Source of the DNA: an uncultured virus (IMG/VR IMGVR_UViG_2061766007_002377)
Taxonomy: Duplodnaviria; Heunggongvirae; Uroviricota; Caudoviricetes
Length of the DNA: 20,000 bases
IMG/VR virus record: IMGVR_UViG_2061766007_002377
Reading direction: 5' to 3' (one strand)
Under the pieces are notes generated by a model. The model was not told the origin of the DNA. It saw nothing but the letters and a program-made list of their open reading frames with translations, and did not search any database. The translations under genes were made by a program, and so were the position numbers. Shown piece by piece: positions 9,553 through 17,055 of the stretch; the stretch's first letter is position 1; each line of letters starts with the position of its first letter.

Positions 9553-10329
9553 TCACCAATCCACCAACCTACTCATCCTCTTTGACACACTCTGCACAGT
9601 GACCCTGAGATACCTCAAAGTGGTCTGGATATTTCTGTGGCCTAAGAGGTCTTTCACCAAATAGATGTCCCGTGTCTTGGCATAAACCTTCCGTGCAAAG
9701 TACCGCCTCAGCTCATGCGGAGAAACCTTTGCCTTAATCCTTAACTTCTTCTGCAAGGTCTTGAGCTTGACCATGATGTAATTGTCCGGCCACAGCATGA
9801 TTTTCTCTGTGTTCTGACGGCCTTTCAATAGGGGAAGTACATCCTGTCTCATCATAAGCGGAAACCATACAGTCCTTGATTTGGTGCCTTTTCCGACAAT
9901 CTCTTTTCTGGTGCAGTTCCGCAGGTCTCCGACAGTCACCTGATATGACTCCGTGATACGCAGTCCTGTGCCGGAGAGAAGTCTGATTGCAACAAGCCAA
10001 TCTGTTTGCTCGGTGTTTGCTAGAAAGGTCAGTATCTTGCCGTATTCCTTATCCGTCAGCACGTTCTCTGCAAAGATAGGCTCCTGAATACGCACCAAGG
10101 GAATCTCAACATCAAGACCTTTGTATTTGGCGTACTTTCTGATTGCGTTCAGCCGGAGATTGACAGTCATGGGCTTATGGACCTGAAGGCACATCTGACG
10201 GTACAGATAGACATTCTCCGTTGTGACTTCCGGGAAGAAAGAGAAGTAATGAATCATTGATGAGGTGTAGGCTTGCACGGTGGACTCTGACAGTGCTTTG
10301 CTCTGAAGGTAGGTGGGGAAATCTGTCAT
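9553..10329 (-). CDS. Tyrosine recombinase (Xer/integrase family), probable shufflon invertase, 258 aa
   Basis: Full catalytic set: TGLRITE (R), GKGTKSR (K), HELRR (HxxR), LLGH (H), TTLRY (Y). N-terminal core-binding region LSESTVQAY...TVNLRLNAIRKY. AGGAG RBS before ATG 10329. Confidence 0.95.
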   Translation of the reverse strand: MTDFPTYLQSKALSESTVQAYTSSMIHYFSFFPEVTTENVYLYRQMCLQVHKPMTVNLRLNAIRKYAKYKGLDVEIPLVRIQEPIFAENVLTDKEYGKILTFLANTEQTDWLVAIRLLSGTGLRITESYQVTVGDLRNCTRKEIVGKGTKSRTVWFPLMMRQDVLPLLKGRQNTEKIMLWPDNYIMVKLKTLQKKLRIKAKVSPHELRRYFARKVYAKTRDIYLVKDLLGHRNIQTTLRYLRVTVQSVSKRMSRLVDW

Positions 10330-10461
10330 GGGGAGACTCCTGGAATAAAAAGATTGAAAGGCAGAAAAAAGCAATTAGGTTACTGCGCTGCCCTACTTTA
10401 TAATTAAACCAAAAGCACGGCTTTTTTCTGCATGACAGGGCCATGTCGTTGCGGATTTTCC

Positions 10462-10496
10462 AGACCCCTTACGAAGTACAAGAAGGGGTCTTTTTT
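10462..10496 (+). terminator. Intrinsic terminator
   Basis: 9-bp perfect stem AGACCCCTT / AAGGGGTCT, 12-nt loop, followed by TTTTT. Confidence 0.7.
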
Positions 10497-10598
10497 ATGT
10501 CCTTCTGCCTTTTGGGAAATATGCGGAAATATAGGGATATATACGGGTAAGTTATTCAGGTCTCCGGCTTTATATTGAGAGCGTGGAGGTCTTTTGCA

Positions 10599-11060
10599 AT
10601 GGATGAAAGAGCAGAAGAAATAATCAATAAAGCCGAAGATATGAGAGTTGAGGAAATGCGTATGCCTGAAGACCCTATTGAAAGAAGAATATTCCGTCTT
10701 GAGATTTACGAGCGGAACAATACCAAAGATATATCCGAACTCAAAGACCGTACAAAGAACGCACACCACCGCATTGATGAAACACAGCGCGACCTTCAGG
10801 ACTTCAGAACTGAGACCAGAGAGAACTTTAAGAATATCAATACAAAGCTCGACAACATAGGCGTGAACATGGCAAAGAACGCAGAAGCGAACGACAAGAA
10901 ATGGAAGAAGGTTTTTGTCGTAATGATTGTTGTTGCAATCCTAGCACTGGCAGCCTTTGCAGGAACCTTTGCAGAGAGCAGTGAAACGAGAAAGACAGTC
11001 GGAGAGATAGCCGGAAAGGTAGCCACGGTAACGGCAACGGTTGCTCCGGCAGTGTTATAA
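10599..11060 (+). CDS. Coiled-coil protein with C-terminal transmembrane helix (XhlA/holin-like)
   Basis: GGAGGT RBS before ATG 10599; AHHRIDE motif, coiled coil, TM segment VFVVMIVVAILALAAFAGTF. Confidence 0.5.
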   Translation: MDERAEEIINKAEDMRVEEMRMPEDPIERRIFRLEIYERNNTKDISELKDRTKNAHHRIDETQRDLQDFRTETRENFKNINTKLDNIGVNMAKNAEANDKKWKKVFVVMIVVAILALAAFAGTFAESSETRKTVGEIAGKVATVTATVAPAVL

Positions 11061-11089
11061 GCAATCCATTACCTATAGGAGTAAATACA

Positions 11090-11563
11090 ATGGAAAAGAA
11101 AACAATTCTTGATGTACTGGTAGCGTTTTTCGACAAATACGGCGTTACCCTTGCAATCGGACTTGTGGCCTGCATCTGCGTAGGTCTTCTGGTTGAAATC
11201 TTCAAAAAGAGTGCTTTCACGGCCCTTGAAAAGAAGGTTGAAGCAGACGAGAAGAAGAAAGCAAATGTGGCTGCAATCAAGGCAGTGTCTTCACTTGTCC
11301 TTGCCGGAATCCTGACAGCATTTTTCCTCGGATGTATTTGGAAGAGCGACCTTCCCAAGCTCGGAAACGGCGCAGTCCTTCCCATTCATTTCACAGTCAT
11401 GTATCTCTTGCAGATGGTCTTTGACTTGAAGAGTCTCAAGGGCATTGTTGACAGAATCCTTAACAGCTTTGAGAAATCTCCCAAAGAGAAGAAACCCAAG
11501 ATGAAGAAGGTTGTCACATGGGTTGAGGACACTGATTCGGATAAGGGAGATATTGTTCAGTGA
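11090..11563 (+). CDS. Putative holin (about 3 TM helices, charged C-tail)
   Basis: AGGAG RBS; three hydrophobic stretches; Lys/Asp-rich tail; lies upstream of the spanin-like pair. Confidence 0.55.
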   Translation: MEKKTILDVLVAFFDKYGVTLAIGLVACICVGLLVEIFKKSAFTALEKKVEADEKKKANVAAIKAVSSLVLAGILTAFFLGCIWKSDLPKLGNGAVLPIHFTVMYLLQMVFDLKSLKGIVDRILNSFEKSPKEKKPKMKKVVTWVEDTDSDKGDIVQ

Positions 11564-11904
11564 CAGGTTTTATCAACACAGGAACATTATCACTCGCAGG
11601 GGCGGTTATTGCCGTCCTTGCCCTTATTCTTTTTGGCAGAAATCTGGGAAAGAAAGCAGGTGCCAACGCCCTTGCAAAAGAAAAGGCAAAGACCCGTGAG
11701 GCCCAAACTCAGAAACAAGTCTTACAGGCTGTCTCTCAGGCATCAAGTGAAACTGCAAAGGCACAGGGCATAAGTGAAGGCGAATATAGAACAGCACAGA
11801 GCCAGATAGACTATGCAAGGCGCACAGGCGACATTGAGTTTGCCCTGCGTATAGCGTCAAACATGGCACAGAAGGCTCTGGATAAGGGAGCGACAGAGAA
11901 ATGA
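11560..11904 (+). CDS. Putative i-spanin (Rz-like)
   Basis: Single N-terminal TM followed by an Ala/Gln/Lys-rich helical region; 4-bp overlaps with both neighbours. Confidence 0.5.
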   Translation: MTGFINTGTLSLAGAVIAVLALILFGRNLGKKAGANALAKEKAKTREAQTQKQVLQAVSQASSETAKAQGISEGEYRTAQSQIDYARRTGDIEFALRIASNMAQKALDKGATEK

Positions 11905-12206
11905 GAAAGAATATCATCTTGCTTATCCTCGTCATTGTGGCCGTGTTCTCGTTTGTCTCATGCTCAACAACAGACCACTACATCCCTCAGACTGTGGACA
12001 TAAGCAGTCAGACGGCAACACTGTTTGCTCAAAGGCCGGACAACAGCAACTTTGCGGTTCACAGTGAAGTCAAGGATTTCTTTGACATGGTGGACAACGC
12101 TTCATCCTATCTTGCAGCATGGCAGGCATGGGAAAGTTATGCCACAAGTCTTGAAAGCGCACTGAGGTCCATTGAGAACACGCTCAAGGACGGCAGTGCC
12201 ATTTGA
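11901..12206 (+). CDS. Lipoprotein, putative o-spanin (Rz1-like)
   Basis: Signal peptide MRKNIILLILVIVAVFSFVS-C with lipobox Cys; ATGA overlap with the preceding gene. Confidence 0.55.
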   Translation: MRKNIILLILVIVAVFSFVSCSTTDHYIPQTVDISSQTATLFAQRPDNSNFAVHSEVKDFFDMVDNASSYLAAWQAWESYATSLESALRSIENTLKDGSAI

Positions 12207-12246
12207 TTCGGGTTTGCTCCGGATTCAAACCGGAATGAACATAACC

Positions 12247-12263
12247 GACTTTCACTGAAAGTC
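12247..12263. promoter_or_regulatory. Perfect palindrome, operator-like or short hairpin
   Basis: GACTTTCA-C-TGAAAGTC in intergenic DNA. Confidence 0.4.
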
Positions 12264-12283
12264 AGACCTCCTTTTTGAATTGT

Positions 12284-12323
12284 CTCCGCAGTCTTTTTGG
12301 TTTTCCACTGCGGAGGCTCTTTT
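12284..12323 (+). terminator. Possible intrinsic terminator after the lysis genes
   Basis: 9-bp stem CTCCGCAGT / ACTGCGGAG, 14-nt loop, then GCTCTTTT. Confidence 0.45.
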
Positions 12324-12340
12324 CTCACCCCGGAGTGCTT

Positions 12341-12484
12341 ATGGACACCATCATGCTCTGTTATGTATTGCCTCTTGTCCTGTACGGCCTTGTCCGTTTG
12401 CTCTTTGACATTGCAGAGGCTATCCGCAAGAAGAAAAGAGAAAGACGGTGGGCTGATGAAGAATCCTGGAGGGACTTTCTGTGA
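12341..12484 (+). CDS. Small membrane protein (47 aa)
   Basis: GGAG RBS 5 nt before the ATG; hydrophobic N-half (IMLCYVLPLVLYGLVRLLF) followed by RKKKRERR. Confidence 0.5.
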   Translation: MDTIMLCYVLPLVLYGLVRLLFDIAEAIRKKKRERRWADEESWRDFL

Positions 12485-12534
12485 TTAGGTTAGAAAGAGC
12501 ATTGGCGATATAATACAGAATCAGAGGTAACAAG

Positions 12535-12834
12535 ATGTATCAAGTAACTACCCCGACCTTTACATTCACACTTTCAATCGATACGGCAAACATCACTTCC
12601 CTTCTTCTGACATTCAGGCAGAAAGGCAGAAACATTCTCGATCTGACAGAAGATGATGTGACTATGACAGGCAACAATGTGGATGTGACCCTGACACAGG
12701 AGCAGACCAAGTTGTTCTCTGTCGGCAAGGCATTTGCACAGTTTCGTGTGAAGCTCACAGACGATACGGTTGAATCAAGCAATCCTGTCGGAATCACCAT
12801 AAGCGAGACATACAACACGGAGATTATGGAATGA
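12535..12834 (+). CDS. Small beta-rich virion protein (BppU N-terminal-like adaptor)
   Basis: GAGGT RBS; TTPTFTFTL...LTFRQ...VTLTQEQT...QFRVK pattern seen in phage proteins preceding fibres; ATGA overlap with the next gene. Confidence 0.45.
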   Translation: MYQVTTPTFTFTLSIDTANITSLLLTFRQKGRNILDLTEDDVTMTGNNVDVTLTQEQTKLFSVGKAFAQFRVKLTDDTVESSNPVGITISETYNTEIME

Positions 12835-14573
12835 TTGCCTCGCTTGCACAGGAAACAAAGACGGCAATCGGTGCTTCTCTTGACGGGGAGACTTCCCTTC
12901 AGGCGGTCTGTACGGCACAGTCAACGGGCATTACGGCCTTTTTGAACACCTCTGTCAGAATCCCTGACCATCTTGAGATTGAGGGTGATTGGAACGGAGT
13001 GTGTGTATGCGGACACCCTGTTTCGGAGAACATTGAGAATATGGTGTTCAAGTGTGTTTATCGCAACGGCTCATATTCTCTTTGTACTCCGACACCCTCT
13101 CCTGAAATATGGGGAGAAACAGAAGGCGAGCAGGCAATCACTTTCTCCTATGAGGAAGGCGGTGTTGTTATCACGGCAAGTAAGTCTGCTTCTGTATATA
13201 AACCGAAATCTGTCGGTGGTATTTTGTTCTACATAGATAGTAGTGTAGAAGGTTCTTATCAGTTCCTTGATGCAAACGGCAACAGGATTGATACTCCTGC
13301 AATCGGCACAGATTGCACAGGCTATTTCTGTGCTTATGTTCCGATGGAGAAGGATAAGTTCTATCTGTCTTGCAACAAAACCTTTGCACAAGGATGGACA
13401 TATAATAGTATGTTCCATTATTTCCATAATGGTAGAGAAATCGGTGACGGGAAAATAAACACAGAAAAGGTCATGGCCTATGAAGGCGGTATATATACGC
13501 AAGGTGCTTCAATTTGGAGAGATCTAGCAATTATATGCCAAGAAATGCCCCACGGATTTTCCGATTGGTACATACCATCAACCAAAGAGTTTGACAAATT
13601 TAGGGAATCGGGAGTATTGCCTATTGTTACTGGACAAAGTTGGGTTTGGTCATCTTCTGACATATCTAACGATAGAGCGTTGTATTGGGACCCTGTTTTT
13701 CATGATTGGGTTTCTTATGCGGCAAAAGGCGTAGGACTAGGTTGCTGTGTAATCCGTTCATTCGGTGCAGCAGAGCTTGTTTCTCTGTCTGTATCGGGGG
13801 GATGGCAGAATCCGCAATACATGGGTACTGCGGTTGACTTCACAGGACTTGTATTTACAGCAACTTTCTCTGACGGAAGTACACAGACAGCCACATCCAC
13901 AGCCAGTCCTTCTGTATGGTCGGAAAGCGGTATGCAGACAGTAACATTCAGTTATACATTCAATGGCATAACAAAGTCTGTTACTTCTTCTGTTGAAGTT
14001 ATATCCAGATGGGAAGGCTTACCTATCGGTGGAATCATCTTCTACATTGATAACACGGCAGATGGAACATATACCTTCCACAATGCCAATGATGAAGAAG
14101 TATCTGCACCTACTGTCGGTACGGATTGCACAGGATGGACTTATATGGTCGAGGGTGCAACAAAGGACAAGTTTTATGTTGTTTATAATGAACTCTACAC
14201 AGCAAAGAAGTGGGGCGGATATGGTACACAGATTGGTGCTTCTGGAACTACCATAGGGACAGGCAGAAGCAACACAACAACCGCAATAGGCTCTGTTGCT
14301 GATGTATCTGGTTCAATCTGGGAAACAATACGCAACATGAGGGCTAACGCCCTTGGAGGCTGTGACGATTGGTTCGTAGGCTCTGAAGATGAACTAAAAG
14401 CCTTACGGACATCAGGGGCGGGAAACAGCGCAATATGGTTCTCTGGATACAGCATCTGGGCCTCCTCGGAGTCCTCCACCTCTGGTGCTAGGTATTGGTA
14501 TTACAAAAGTAGCACTTGGCCCAACGGCAATAAGCTCACCAATAATTGCGTGTGTGGGATTAGGGCGTTCTAA
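12831..14573 (+). CDS. Adhesin / secondary receptor-binding protein with two tandem (Ig-like + C-type-lectin-like, DUF1566-type) modules
   Basis: Internal duplication: GGILFYID/GGIIFYID, PAIGTDCTG/PTVGTDCTG, KDKFY twice, DWYIPSTKE/DWFVGSEDE, WSSS/WASS, VIRSF/GIRAF. Ig-like signature VDFTGLVFTATFSDGS...QTVTFSY. Confidence 0.7.
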   Translation: MIASLAQETKTAIGASLDGETSLQAVCTAQSTGITAFLNTSVRIPDHLEIEGDWNGVCVCGHPVSENIENMVFKCVYRNGSYSLCTPTPSPEIWGETEGEQAITFSYEEGGVVITASKSASVYKPKSVGGILFYIDSSVEGSYQFLDANGNRIDTPAIGTDCTGYFCAYVPMEKDKFYLSCNKTFAQGWTYNSMFHYFHNGREIGDGKINTEKVMAYEGGIYTQGASIWRDLAIICQEMPHGFSDWYIPSTKEFDKFRESGVLPIVTGQSWVWSSSDISNDRALYWDPVFHDWVSYAAKGVGLGCCVIRSFGAAELVSLSVSGGWQNPQYMGTAVDFTGLVFTATFSDGSTQTATSTASPSVWSESGMQTVTFSYTFNGITKSVTSSVEVISRWEGLPIGGIIFYIDNTADGTYTFHNANDEEVSAPTVGTDCTGWTYMVEGATKDKFYVVYNELYTAKKWGGYGTQIGASGTTIGTGRSNTTTAIGSVADVSGSIWETIRNMRANALGGCDDWFVGSEDELKALRTSGAGNSAIWFSGYSIWASSESSTSGARYWYYKSSTWPNGNKLTNNCVCGIRAF

Positions 14574-14585
14574 AAGGAGATTTAT

Positions 14586-14837
14586 ATGTACGCAATTTAC
14601 GAACTTGACGGCACGCTGATAACCAAGACTGAATATCCTTGTTTTGAACTGTATGATGAAGTTGTAAAGAGCTTCTATGTAGCCACAGAAGAAACAGGAA
14701 GGGCAATTCTCATTGACCTTAATGACTACTCCAAGGAGATTCCACCCGAAGAGTATATCGACCCATATCATGCCAATATCGAAGGCAGAGAGCCTTTCTC
14801 ATGGCTTGAGAAGACGGTTAAGGTTATCAAGGAATAA
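14586..14837 (+). CDS. Hypothetical protein (83 aa, acidic)
   Basis: AGGAG RBS; last gene of the + strand run. Confidence 0.65.
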   Translation: MYAIYELDGTLITKTEYPCFELYDEVVKSFYVATEETGRAILIDLNDYSKEIPPEEYIDPYHANIEGREPFSWLEKTVKVIKE

Positions 14838-14906
14838 AACTCCATTTTTGCATTTATTATGCGGATTTCTGCCTTGATTTGCCAAAAACCGCAAGAATAA
14901 ATAGAA

Positions 14907-14933
14907 AAACCCTCGGCATTACACCGGGGGTTT
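14907..14933. terminator. Terminator between the convergent late and early blocks
   Basis: AAACCCTCGG-cattaca-CCGGGGGTTT stem (one non-Watson-Crick pair) with a T-rich tract downstream on the - strand. Confidence 0.65.
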
Positions 14934-14969
14934 AAAACTTTTCACAAGGCTTTTAGATGCCCTTTTAGA

Positions 14970-15563
14970 TCAGAACCAATAGGTCGCTCCTACCGAGATG
15001 TCTCCGTCAAAGTACAGACGGGCATCAGAGTCCTCTTTCAGCCACTCGGCACTTCCCTTGGCAATGGTGTCAAGACTAATCTTTGTGCCGGGAATCATAA
15101 GAGAGGTCTTGACGTATGTGGCAGGTCCGCCGCCTATTGTATGGTCCTCAATGTTCCATGTCAGTTCAGGTCCCACACCTACTCCGACAATGAAATTGTC
15201 TTTCAGCGTGTATGTTGAATAACCCATAAAGAACTTGGCGGCCTTCTCGTCTGACTGTCCTTCCTTCAGTGCATAGGTCTGCGCCTCAAGCACCTTGCTC
15301 GGATTGTCAAAACTTGCCATGACAGTGATACTCTTGTTATCAGCCATCATGTAGTCAAACCTTGCTCTTGCGACCCAACCGAACTTGTTGTCGTCTGCAA
15401 GCTTCAGATTCTCGCCCTTGTCAAAGACGTTCTCAACGCTCTTGGAATATCCGAAAGATGCTCCAACTCCGTACTGCCCCTTTTCTGCGGTGAACTTTCC
15501 TGATCCGAACACGCAGAAGGCGGCAAGAAAAATAACTGTTGCAACTATAAGAAATTTCTTCAT
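14970..15563 (-). CDS. Outer-membrane beta-barrel protein (about 8 strands)
   Basis: GGAG RBS, signal peptide MKKFLIVATVIFLAAFCVFG, alternating amphipathic strands, C-terminal BAM-type signal ISVGATYWF. Confidence 0.75.
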   Translation of the reverse strand: MKKFLIVATVIFLAAFCVFGSGKFTAEKGQYGVGASFGYSKSVENVFDKGENLKLADDNKFGWVARARFDYMMADNKSITVMASFDNPSKVLEAQTYALKEGQSDEKAAKFFMGYSTYTLKDNFIVGVGVGPELTWNIEDHTIGGGPATYVKTSLMIPGTKISLDTIAKGSAEWLKEDSDARLYFDGDISVGATYWF

Positions 15564-15607
15564 GCTGCTCCTCCTGTGTTCATTCTATTGCAAAAGGACT
15601 TTGCAAC

Positions 15608-16030
15608 CTAATCACAGGGGTTTAACTTGCCTGTAACTTGCTCAGGGGTGTACAGCTTTATCTTCTGCCAAGCAACAAGATAAGGTTCCGTTTCATAATC
15701 ATTTACATGGTCAAACCAATGGCCTTCTTTCCATTCCAAACACATGTAGCATATCCCGTTTTCTTTTCTTCCCCACGGATGAAACGCTATAAGATACCAC
15801 CCTTCTTCTGTTGGTGTTCCTGTGTGCCAAGGATTAGACCGTCTATTCCATCTTTCGATTACTTTCTGTCTGTTCCACTCAAAAGTTTTTGTCATATTGA
15901 CATAAACGCTAACCTCAACTCCACATTCCTTGCATCTAACAACATTATAAATACCGGAAAAAGCATCGGATTCTTCTGTAAGATACGCTTCTCCACCACA
16001 GAAAGGACATGGCTTTAACTCTTCGCTCAT
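15608..16030 (-). CDS. Lar-family (restriction alleviation) zinc-finger protein with extra C-terminal domain
   Basis: ELKPCPFCGG...VRCKECG...IERWNRR, then WHTGTPTEEGWYL...VAWQ. Confidence 0.7.
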   Translation of the reverse strand: MSEELKPCPFCGGEAYLTEESDAFSGIYNVVRCKECGVEVSVYVNMTKTFEWNRQKVIERWNRRSNPWHTGTPTEEGWYLIAFHPWGRKENGICYMCLEWKEGHWFDHVNDYETEPYLVAWQKIKLYTPEQVTGKLNPCD

Positions 16031-16332
16031 TCTGTTGCCTCCAAGATTGTCGGTGCGTTCTCAATGTCCTCAATCTCTACAACCAAATGCCCTTCAAGGT
16101 TGTAGTCCGTTATTGCTGTTGTCGAAAGTTTGCTTCTGTCGATTAAATCTCCATGAGGTTCGGGAAGTTCTACAGCTATTTTCTTATGCTTATAATCCCC
16201 ATAATTACACTCATTATCGTATACATCTCTTCCTTGAATGCAGAAAAGAACAACCTCTCCATTCGGGTATATTGAAAGATTTAAAGGTTTGTCTTTTGGC
16301 ATTTCTATGCCTCTGATTACTATGTCGCCCAT
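16027..16332 (-). CDS. Phage hypothetical protein
   Basis: AGGAG RBS; IRGIEMPK...PHGDLIDR...IENAPTI pattern typical of small phage early proteins. Confidence 0.7.
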   Translation of the reverse strand: MGDIVIRGIEMPKDKPLNLSIYPNGEVVLFCIQGRDVYDNECNYGDYKHKKIAVELPEPHGDLIDRSKLSTTAITDYNLEGHLVVEIEDIENAPTILEATE

Positions 16333-16536
16333 TTAACACTCCTTCGCATAAAGCACTTCATTGACTTTTGTTCCTACATACTGCTGTTCTGTCATTTCGC
16401 AAAAGCCATGCGCGCTTCTTTCAATCTCTATCTCTGCAAGCTGTCTTGCTTCTCGTACTGAGTTAGCATCTACGGACACCTTCCATTTAGTAGTGTGGAC
16501 AGATTTAATCTCCGCATCAAAAACATAGGTTGTCAT
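16333..16536 (-). CDS. Hypothetical protein
   Basis: AGGAG RBS; tightly packed in the operon. Confidence 0.6.
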   Translation of the reverse strand: MTTYVFDAEIKSVHTTKWKVSVDANSVREARQLAEIEIERSAHGFCEMTEQQYVGTKVNEVLYAKEC

Positions 16537-16539
16537 TCT

Positions 16540-16722
16540 TCACGCTCCTGTTACCATTACATCTGAATAGCCAAGATGTTGAACAGCCTCGCCTAACTCC
16601 TCTGGCGTTTGTCCGCAATACCCTAAAGTATTTGATGGTTTTTCAGAGTCATACAATCTATATGACATTAAATAATCCAAACCTTCTGCATTCATGTTGT
16701 CAGCGATTAAAGTCCCACTCAT
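16540..16722 (-). CDS. Hypothetical protein
   Basis: GGAG RBS; fills the gap between neighbours. Confidence 0.5.
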   Translation of the reverse strand: MSGTLIADNMNAEGLDYLMSYRLYDSEKPSNTLGYCGQTPEELGEAVQHLGYSDVMVTGA

Positions 16723-16725
16723 TCT

Positions 16726-17055
16726 TCACTCTCCCCTCTGCGGCATAATTTTGACAGTATGCCTGTCCGGTCCGACCTGAAACAAATCACCACCGAAATC
16801 GTACAGATGAATCACTCCGTCAATACAGTCCATCGAAAGCGAAAAACGGTCGCCCTCGCCTACGCACCACAGTACGTCTGAATCGCCACTGTAACGCACA
16901 AGAGAATCCGTGCCGTCCTCATTCTTCACGCAAGCCACATACACCATGCAGTTGAAACCGCTTTCATGTTTGCGCTTTGTAGGAATAACGTACAAGCTTG
17001 ATACGTTCTTGATTGTGTCTGTCCGGTTTTCTCTTTCCGGTGCAGCCAAAAACAC
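16726..17055 (-). CDS. Hypothetical protein, possibly 5'-truncated
   Basis: Protein-like ORF with a GTG start lacking an RBS and a 92-bp overlap with the upstream ORF. Confidence 0.45.
   Translation of the reverse strand: MFLAAPERENRTDTIKNVSSLYVIPTKRKHESGFNCMVYVACVKNEDGTDSLVRYSGDSDVLWCVGEGDRFSLSMDCIDGVIHLYDFGGDLFQVGPDRHTVKIMPQRGE

Noticed and set aside
9553..10329. Recombinase as the prophage integrase
   Set aside because: It is short, has no arm-binding domain, lies in the late region directly beside the repeat array, and has no recognisable att or tRNA context. Not formally excluded.
14574..14969. Search for a DGR template repeat or Avd gene after the adhesin
   Set aside because: No copy of the candidate variable region is present, and the 83-aa ORF is acidic and short, unlike the basic four-helix Avd.
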